Shown piece after piece: positions 58,037-64,000 of a DNA stretch of 64,000 nt (the stretch's first letter is position 1; the number at the start of each line of letters is the position of its first letter). The translations under genes and the position numbers were made by a program. The stretch is taken from assembly GCA_016176525.1 (NCBI GenBank), contig JACOWZ010000003.1, forward strand, positions 320,001-384,000, in the 5' to 3' direction. The stretch comes from Candidatus Colwellbacteria bacterium (GTDB taxonomy: Bacteria; Patescibacteriota; Minisyncoccia; UBA6257; Colwellbacteraceae). A model generated the notes under the pieces. That model ran no database searches. It was not told where the DNA came from and saw only the letters and a list, made by a program, of their open reading frames with translations.

Positions 58037-58189
58037 AAGTTGTTCGGGCAACTCGTTTGCCTAGTTTCGCCACCCAGCCATGCTCTACAAGTCACCGGCA
58101 TAAAATTCTTACTGAATTTTTGCCTATATCTGACCTCGTCATGCTCCGAAGATGACTTTACGAGCATAGCTGGGCGGCTCATTAACTTT
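58034..58189. repeat. intergenic repeat element, copy 2
   Basis: Shares TAGA(A)GTTGYTYGG start, CACCGGCRTAAAATTCTTACTGAATTTTTGCCT and GCTCCGAAGATG with 40790-40918. Confidence 0.6.
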
Positions 58190-58675
58190 TCACAAAGAGA
58201 TTTCTTTTTCTATTTCTTCAAAAACTTTCTCTAAAGTCTTTTTGTCTGTAGTGGTTATTTTCTTTAATACGAAATCTCCCGCTTTGAGATGAGCAGGTTT
58301 GCGCACGCCGATTCGTATGCGCCAAAAATCTTTTGTTTTTAATATTTTTATAACAGAATCTATGCCTTTGTGGCCTGCAGAGTTTCTACCAAAAGATATT
58401 TTATATTTGCCCAATAGTATATCTGAATCATCATGCGCTATTATAATTTCTTCTGGTTTTAGCCCGCGTTTTTTTAACTCTTTTACTACAAAACTTCCGG
58501 AAGTGTTCATAAATGTATTAGAGTTTAGAGTTTCGAACTTAGGGCTTGTAAGATTTTTTGTTAGATAGTCTGTAAACAAAAAACCGACATTGTGGTATGT
58601 ATTCTCGTATTTTTTATCTGGGTTGCCTAGGCCGATTAAGAGTTTTGGTGCGGGGTTGATTTTCATTTTTCGCAT
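58190..58675 (-). CDS. pth: peptidyl-tRNA hydrolase
   Basis: LLIGLGNPDKKYENTYHNVGF matches the Pth signature. Confidence 0.85.
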   Translation of the reverse strand: MRKMKINPAPKLLIGLGNPDKKYENTYHNVGFLFTDYLTKNLTSPKFETLNSNTFMNTSGSFVVKELKKRGLKPEEIIIAHDDSDILLGKYKISFGRNSAGHKGIDSVIKILKTKDFWRIRIGVRKPAHLKAGDFVLKKITTTDKKTLEKVFEEIEKEISL

Positions 58676-58699
58676 CGTTATACTATAGATTATATTATA

Positions 58700-59230
58700 A
58701 TGCCTGTATTCAAGAAATTCATTGCTAGTGTATGGGATGTTCTAGAAGTTCTAATAATAGCAGTGGTTTCTATATACTTGGTCTATGGCTTTATAGCCCA
58801 GCCGTTTTTGGTGCAGGGTGCCAGCATGGAGCCGAATTTCCAGCATGGCAATTACTTAATAGTTGATGAGATAAGTTATCGCTTCCGCGCGCCGGAGAGG
58901 GGCGAAGTTATTGTGTTTAGAAACCCCAATAACGAAGCAGAGTTTTATATTAAGCGCATTGTTGGGCTGCCGGGCGAGTTTGTAGAAATTAGAGGCAACG
59001 ATATTTTTATAGACGGTGTGCTTTTGCAAGAAGATTATTTGCCGAAAGAGACCGGCCTTTTCGGGAGTTATGAGTTTAACCTTAAAGATACAGAATATTT
59101 TGTTATGGGCGACAACAGGGCGCACAGTTTTGATTCGCGCAACTGGGGTCCGCTCCAGAAAGACAATGTTGTTGGAGTTGTAAGGTTAAGGTTCTGGCCA
59201 CTCGGAGAATTTAAACTCTTTACACAATGA
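58700..59230 (+). CDS. lepB: signal peptidase I (S26)
   Basis: GASMEPNF (Ser box), IKRIVGLPGE (box D), GDNRAHSFDSR (box E). Confidence 0.8.
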   Translation: MPVFKKFIASVWDVLEVLIIAVVSIYLVYGFIAQPFLVQGASMEPNFQHGNYLIVDEISYRFRAPERGEVIVFRNPNNEAEFYIKRIVGLPGEFVEIRGNDIFIDGVLLQEDYLPKETGLFGSYEFNLKDTEYFVMGDNRAHSFDSRNWGPLQKDNVVGVVRLRFWPLGEFKLFTQ

Positions 59231-60519
59231 CCCCAATAAAGCCGGCTATCAAGAAAAAAATTTCGGTTACCCCTAAGAAGAACAAACTAAGTTCGGCAAA
59301 AGGCGCCAAAGATATTTTGCCGGATGAGTGCAGAGTGCTGGATTCTCTGCACTCGGCTGCCGCGAATATTGCTGGTTTTTACAATTTTTCAAGAATTGAG
59401 CCCGCGCCTTTGGAGAGCTCGGAGATTGAAGACGCCGATTGGGAAACTTTAGGGATCGACCCTAAGAGAATTTTAACTATAAAAGGTTCAAATGGAGATT
59501 TGCTTTCATTAAGGTTTGACCCTGCAATATCGCTATTGCGGAGTTTTACAGAAAACGGATTACACAAAACTGGCCCGCAAAGATTATATTATTTTACGCC
59601 GTCTTTTAAAGATGTTGGCGAAGAAGCTGCTTACAAAACGGAATATCATATTGGTTTTGGCATATTGGGCGGCAATGTGGACTCAATTTACGACGCACAG
59701 GTGATTAACACTGTGTATCGGTTGCTCGGGCGGCTAAAACTAAAAGACTTGATGATACATATAAACAGCGTGGGGTGCATGGTCTGCAGGCCGAATTATA
59801 AAAAAAGGCTTTTACAGTATTTTAAAGATCTAAGCTGCTGCAAAGAATGCAAACGTAAGCTGGAGAAAAATCCTTTTAGGATATTTGATTGCGGGGACAA
59901 GGAATGTATAGCTCTTTGCGCAAACGCCCCTATATTTTTAGACAGTTTGTGCTCTAATTGCAGCAATCACTTAAAGAACACGCTTGAATTTTTGGAGGAG
60001 CTTAAGTTGCCTTATATGGTTGTGCCGCAGTTTATTGGAGATTTAGATTATAGGTCTAGAACTGTGTTTAAAGTTGTATCGGAGGGTAGCGGTGACCTTG
60101 CGTGGGGCGGCAGGCACGACTATTTGGGTGAGATTATAAATGGCCACACAATACCAGCCGTGCAGAGCAGGTTAAACGTGGAGAAACTTATTGAATTAAT
60201 GCGCGAAACTTCCACGGCATCGGGGAAGGGTAGAATATTTCTAATTTATGTGGGCGATCTTGCAAAGAGAAAAAGTCTACCGCTTATAGAAGAGTTTAGA
60301 GAAAAGCGCTTGCCCGTAACAGAGAGTTTGGGCGAAGATTCTTTGTCCGCGCAGTTGCAGGCTGCAAGCCAGCTGGAGGCGCCGGTTGCGCTAATTTTGG
60401 GGCAGAAAGAGGCGCATGAAGAGAATATTATTGTAAGAGATATGGAAACCGGAATTCAAGAGATAGTGCCTATTTCAAAAGTGGTAGAAGAAGTAAGGAA
60501 GAGGTTACGAAGTAATTAA
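59227..60519 (+). CDS. second histidyl-tRNA synthetase-like paralog with Cys-rich insertion
   Basis: GAKDILPDE, RLYYFTPSFKDVGEE..EYHIGFGILG (motif 2-like), GDLDYRSRTVFK, WGGRHDYL, HGTP-type anticodon-binding C-terminus; CMVC...CCKEC...C..C insertion. Confidence 0.55.
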   Translation: MTPIKPAIKKKISVTPKKNKLSSAKGAKDILPDECRVLDSLHSAAANIAGFYNFSRIEPAPLESSEIEDADWETLGIDPKRILTIKGSNGDLLSLRFDPAISLLRSFTENGLHKTGPQRLYYFTPSFKDVGEEAAYKTEYHIGFGILGGNVDSIYDAQVINTVYRLLGRLKLKDLMIHINSVGCMVCRPNYKKRLLQYFKDLSCCKECKRKLEKNPFRIFDCGDKECIALCANAPIFLDSLCSNCSNHLKNTLEFLEELKLPYMVVPQFIGDLDYRSRTVFKVVSEGSGDLAWGGRHDYLGEIINGHTIPAVQSRLNVEKLIELMRETSTASGKGRIFLIYVGDLAKRKSLPLIEEFREKRLPVTESLGEDSLSAQLQAASQLEAPVALILGQKEAHEENIIVRDMETGIQEIVPISKVVEEVRKRLRSN

Positions 60520-60522
60520 GCT

Positions 60523-60877
60523 ATGGATTGTGTCTTTTGTAAGATTATAAATAAAGAGATTCCGTCCACGGTTGTGCACGAGGACGATTCTATTATTGCT
60601 TTTAACGACATTAAACCCTCCGCGCCAGTGCATATATTGGTTGTGCCCAAAGAGCATATTGATTCTATTGACCGTTTGGAGAGCAACCACAAAGAGATAA
60701 TTTCTGGCATGATATTCGCGGCTAAAAAGATTGCGCGTGAGAAAGGCCTAAAGGGCTACAAGCTTGTTTTTTAATGTTGGGCGTGAAGGCGGGCAGATAA
60801 TAGACCACTTGCATTTGCATATTTTAGGCGGATGGAACAAGTATGAAGATGCCGACAAGTTGCCGCACCTGGACCTT
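60523..60877 (+). pseudogene. HIT-family hydrolase interrupted by +1 frameshift in a T6 homopolymer (pseudogene or sequencing error)
   Basis: Frame 1 ends ...GYKLVF* at 60774. Frame +1 continues NVGREGGQIIDHLHLHILGGW (the HxHxHxx HIT motif); deleting one T at 60768-60773 restores one ORF. Confidence 0.55.
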
Positions 60878-60916
60878 GATAAATAATGTTTGCTCTGGTA
60901 TTATTTGCCCACTATG

Positions 60917-61132
60917 TCTGCAGTTTTAGTTAAAAAAAGAAAGGGCGAGACGGATAGTTCGCTGATTTATAGGTTTGGCAAACGCATACAGCAAAGCGGG
61001 GTTTTAAAGGAAGCCAGGAAAAGAAAGTTTAGCAAAAGAACGCAGAACAAAACTGCAAGGCGCAGGTCTGCGGCATACAAAGCCAAGAGAAAAGAAGAAG
61101 TTACGCGGTTAAGAAAACTGGGTAAATTTTAA
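60917..61132 (+). CDS. rpsU: ribosomal protein S21
   Basis: MSAVLVKKRKGETDSSLIYRFGKRIQQSGVLKEARKRKF..., a basic 71-aa S21-like pattern. Confidence 0.65.
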   Translation, partial: SAVLVKKRKGETDSSLIYRFGKRIQQSGVLKEARKRKFSKRTQNKTARRRSAAYKAKRKEEVTRLRKLGKF

Positions 61133-61133
61133 A

Positions 61134-61598
61134 GTGCCTATTAAATCACAACTGGAGGCCGACTTAAAAGTGGCGATGAAAGGCGGAGATTCCGACAAAG
61201 TCGGGGTTCTTCGCCAGATTTTAGCCGCACTTAAGAACGAGAGTTTAGAAAAGAGGCGGCGCGAGAAGCTTGAAAGTGACGTAATATTGGATGACTCAGA
61301 AGTTATAAAAGTGTTAAAACGCGAGCACAAAAAGCGGCTTGAGGCTTTTGGAATTTACGCAAAAGCAGGGCGCGGCGAACTAGCCGCGAAAGAAGACACG
61401 GAAGCAAAAATTATTTCTTCGTATCTGCCGAGGGAGTTAAGTGAAGATGAGGTTAAAAAACTTGTACAAAAAGTAATAGACTCTGGCGTTAAAAATCAAG
61501 GAGAGGCAATTAAAGAGGTTATGAAAGCTGCCGGGGGGCAGGTTAACGGCAAAGTGGTAAGCGAGCTTGTGCGTGCAGCTTTGGGCAATGAGAAATAA
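61134..61598 (+). CDS. yqeY: GatB/YqeY-domain protein
   Basis: LEADLKVAMKGGDSDKVGVLRQILAALKNE...EVMKAAGGQVNGKVVSELV. Confidence 0.75.
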   Translation: MPIKSQLEADLKVAMKGGDSDKVGVLRQILAALKNESLEKRRREKLESDVILDDSEVIKVLKREHKKRLEAFGIYAKAGRGELAAKEDTEAKIISSYLPRELSEDEVKKLVQKVIDSGVKNQGEAIKEVMKAAGGQVNGKVVSELVRAALGNEK

Positions 61599-61950
61599 GA
61601 CGGATTTTTTGAAACTTGCTTATAAGGCGTTGGAATATTTAAAGAAATCCAACGTCTCTTTAGATGTTCACATAATTGATTCTCTAGAGATGCAGCGGCT
61701 AAATAAGTATCGCGGTAAGGATGTCGATACTAATGTGCTTGCATTCCCGGCGCCAAAAGAGTTTCCCTCCAAAGGAAAGTTTTTAGGGGATGTGTTTTTG
61801 AACCTAACCTATATTAAAAAGCATAAGCAAAGCCCCGAGAAAATGCTTATACATGGAGTTTTACACCTTTTGGGTTTTGATCACGAACGCCCGGGTGATA
61901 GAATAAAAATGGAAAAACTTGAGAAAAGACTATGGGAAAATCTTTTTTAG
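61588..61950 (+). CDS. ybeY: rRNA maturation endoribonuclease YbeY
   Basis: HGVLHLLGFDHE metal-binding motif; start taken at MRNKTDF (the track starts 21 nt earlier). Confidence 0.8.
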   Translation: MRNKTDFLKLAYKALEYLKKSNVSLDVHIIDSLEMQRLNKYRGKDVDTNVLAFPAPKEFPSKGKFLGDVFLNLTYIKKHKQSPEKMLIHGVLHLLGFDHERPGDRIKMEKLEKRLWENLF

Positions 61951-63155
61951 CATTAGATGTTGGCTCTGGCTCAATAAAAGCAATTATAGCTGAAGAGTCT
62001 AAAGATGGCAGAGTGCTTATACGTGCCGGTTTAGAAAAACCCTCTAAAGGCTTGCGCCGCGGGGTTGTTGTAGACATGGAGTCTGCTTCCGCGCAGATTA
62101 TTTCTATGCTCCGGAGCGTTAAAGATATTTCTAAAGACGCCCACAAGAATATTTTTTTAGGCGTAGGCGGAGTGGATGTTAAATCTCGCATATCCGAGGG
62201 CTCGACCGCAGTGTCGCGCGCAAATTCCGAAATCCATAAAGATGACATAGCGCGCGCAGTGCAGGCTTCTCTTGCTGTTAGCTTGCCGTCTAACAGAATG
62301 ATTTTGCATACATTAAAGCAAGAGTTTATTGTTGATGGAATTGGCGATATTCAAGACCCGCTTGGAATGGTTGGCACAAAACTGGAAGTCGTTAGCTATA
62401 TAATAGATGCGTTTGGTCCAGCTGTTAAAAATTTGCAGAAGTGTGTGGAGCTCGCAGGCGGCAGCATCTCTGCCATGATTTTTAATCCTTTGGCATCTGC
62501 TTTTGCGGTTTTAACCCAAAACCAAAAAGAACTGGGTGTGGTTTTGGCCGATATCGGTCACAGCACAACCGGCATTGCAGTTTATGAAGAAGGTAAGCTT
62601 TTGCATACTGTAATGCTGCCGATTGGGGCGGGGCATGTTACAAACGATTTGGCTATTGCCTTAAAAATTCCGGTTGAGTCTGCAGAGAAAATTAAACTGC
62701 GTTATGGCGATGCTATTGCAAAACTCACGCCTGCTCGCGAGAATATTGACCTTAAAGAAATAAACCCAAAATTAGAGGGCACCATTTCGCGCAGATTTGT
62801 TGCAGAAGTTATTGAATCTCGGCTTAGCGAACTTTGCGAGCTTATAAACGAGGAGCTTAAGAAGATTGGCAAAACGGCAAGGTTGCCGGGCGGTGTTGTG
62901 CTTGTCGGGGGTGGTGCGAAACACCCAGGGATGTTAGAATTATTTAGAGCAGAGCTAAAGCTTACATCGCAGATTGGTTTCCCTAGCCCAAGCTTGTTTG
63001 AGGCAGAGTCTGGGGCTATGGGTGAGTATCTGGAGTCGCAAGAGTTTGCCTGTGCGCTGGGGTTATCGCTTTGGGAGAGAGATATTACTCCAAAGCCCGC
63101 GACAAATTCGTATAAAGAAAAGATTGTAAAATTGTTTAGAAATTTTATGCCATGA
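61932..63155 (+). CDS. ftsA: cell division protein FtsA
   Basis: LALDVGSGSIKAII...actin-fold; VLVGGGAKHPGM. Confidence 0.8.
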   Translation: MGKSFLALDVGSGSIKAIIAEESKDGRVLIRAGLEKPSKGLRRGVVVDMESASAQIISMLRSVKDISKDAHKNIFLGVGGVDVKSRISEGSTAVSRANSEIHKDDIARAVQASLAVSLPSNRMILHTLKQEFIVDGIGDIQDPLGMVGTKLEVVSYIIDAFGPAVKNLQKCVELAGGSISAMIFNPLASAFAVLTQNQKELGVVLADIGHSTTGIAVYEEGKLLHTVMLPIGAGHVTNDLAIALKIPVESAEKIKLRYGDAIAKLTPARENIDLKEINPKLEGTISRRFVAEVIESRLSELCELINEELKKIGKTARLPGGVVLVGGGAKHPGMLELFRAELKLTSQIGFPSPSLFEAESGAMGEYLESQEFACALGLSLWERDITPKPATNSYKEKIVKLFRNFMP

Positions 63156-64000
63156 AGAAGAAAGTAAAAAGAATAAAATCTAAGAAGAAAGTTATTAAAA
63201 CTAAGAAAGTTGTTGCTAAAAAACCGGCAGCAAAAAAGCGAACGGCAAAGAAACTTAAAAGAAAAGGGCGCGGACCTGCGCGCATAAGAATAAATGTTAA
63301 CACTACAAAAGGCGTACAGCCCGTACGTATGAAAGTTGTTGGTGTTGGCGGCGGCGGAGGCAACGTAATAGACAGAATGTGGGAAATTGTGCGCGGTGTT
63401 GAATTTATTGCAATAAACACCGACATTCAAGATTTAGACAAAATAGGAGTTAGAAAGAGTTTGCATATAGGGAAGGTTTTAACAAAAGGAATGGGTGCGG
63501 GCATGAACCCCGAGCTTGGCAAAATGGCCGCGGAAGAAAACAGAGCCGAGATTATGGATGCCCTTAAAGATGCAGACTTAATTTTTTTGGCGTCGTGCTT
63601 CGGCGGCGGCACAGGGAGCGGCGCAACGCATGTTGTGGCAGATATTGCCCGTGAATTGGGGGCGCTTACCATTGCTGTTGTTACAAAACCATTTGCTTTT
63701 GAAGGAAGCCAAAGGATGAAAATTGCCGAAGAAGGTTTGGCGAGGCTTAAAGACAAGGTTGATGCGCTTTTAGTGATACCCAACGATAGGATTTTTGGAA
63801 TTATTGATTCCGACACGCCTATGCTAAAGGCATTTGAGAAGGTTGATGAAATTTTAAAGAGCTCTGTGCACGGCATTACGGAGGCAATTTCTACAGCTGG
63901 CATTGTTAATGTTGACTTTGCAGACCTGCGTGCAATTGTTGCAGGCGCCGGACCCGCAGTAATAGGGGTTGGTGTTGCTTCTGGCAAAGACAGAGCGGCG
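63152..64000 (+). CDS. ftsZ: cell division GTPase FtsZ, 3'-partial, with ~55-aa Lys-rich N-terminal extension
   Basis: VVGVGGGGGN, SCFGGGTGSGATHVVA (tubulin signature GGGTGSG); runs off the window end; ATG overlaps the ftsA stop. Confidence 0.9.
   Translation, partial: MKKKVKRIKSKKKVIKTKKVVAKKPAAKKRTAKKLKRKGRGPARIRINVNTTKGVQPVRMKVVGVGGGGGNVIDRMWEIVRGVEFIAINTDIQDLDKIGVRKSLHIGKVLTKGMGAGMNPELGKMAAEENRAEIMDALKDADLIFLASCFGGGTGSGATHVVADIARELGALTIAVVTKPFAFEGSQRMKIAEEGLARLKDKVDALLVIPNDRIFGIIDSDTPMLKAFEKVDEILKSSVHGITEAISTAGIVNVDFADLRAIVAGAGPAVIGVGVASGKDRAA

Noticed and set aside
62702-63987. Minus-strand ORFs 62702-63430 and 63427-63987
   Set aside because: Antisense to ftsA and ftsZ, which have unambiguous signatures.

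Overview
This 64 kb window looks like a chromosomal segment from a small-genome, CPR/Patescibacteria-like bacterium. That reading rests on three things visible in the sequence: the 16S rRNA has CAGCAGCGG at the 515 primer site; many proteins are short and single-domain; and many genes start directly downstream of a TATAAT box with no Shine-Dalgarno (SD) sequence. I call about 70 CDS, one 16S rRNA (42245-43700) and two tRNAs (Trp-CCA, Arg-GCG). Recognisable housekeeping genes include a fumarate-lyase-family enzyme (adenylosuccinate-lyase-like), class II FBP aldolase, HisRS (two paralogs), CTP synthase, LysRS, L25, L31, an N-terminally truncated RF1-like factor, Pth, signal peptidase I, S21, YqeY, YbeY, FtsA and FtsZ. 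A long type IV pilus locus (44.3-58.0 kb) carries a major pilin, PilB, PilC, a 736-aa pilin fused to a Kelch-type propeller, a LamG-pilin, a PilM/PilN-like fusion, a metzincin with beta-helix repeats, and a W-repeat protein.

The main accessory and unusual elements are:
- An AT-rich Type III-like restriction-modification island (28.8-35.1 kb) with an unusually long Mod (945 aa), a 968-aa Res helicase-nuclease, a membrane-anchored wHTH protein and repeat structure upstream.
- A second AT-rich island (24.3-27.3 kb) encoding a cyanophycin-synthetase-N-like ATP-grasp ligase, a PRMT-like methyltransferase and a polytopic membrane protein. It sits next to a 60-aa protein made of four CxxCxGxG repeats.
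- A conserved leader motif shared by two unlinked genes.
- A tandemly duplicated cassette of terminator, promoter and small TM protein.
- A ~100-130 nt repeat element present at two convergent gene junctions.
- A 16S gene whose 3' end lacks the CCUCC anti-SD.
- A HIT gene interrupted by a +1 frameshift in a T6 run.

No CRISPR array and no transposase were seen. All functional calls come from motif recognition by eye and should be confirmed by profile searches.
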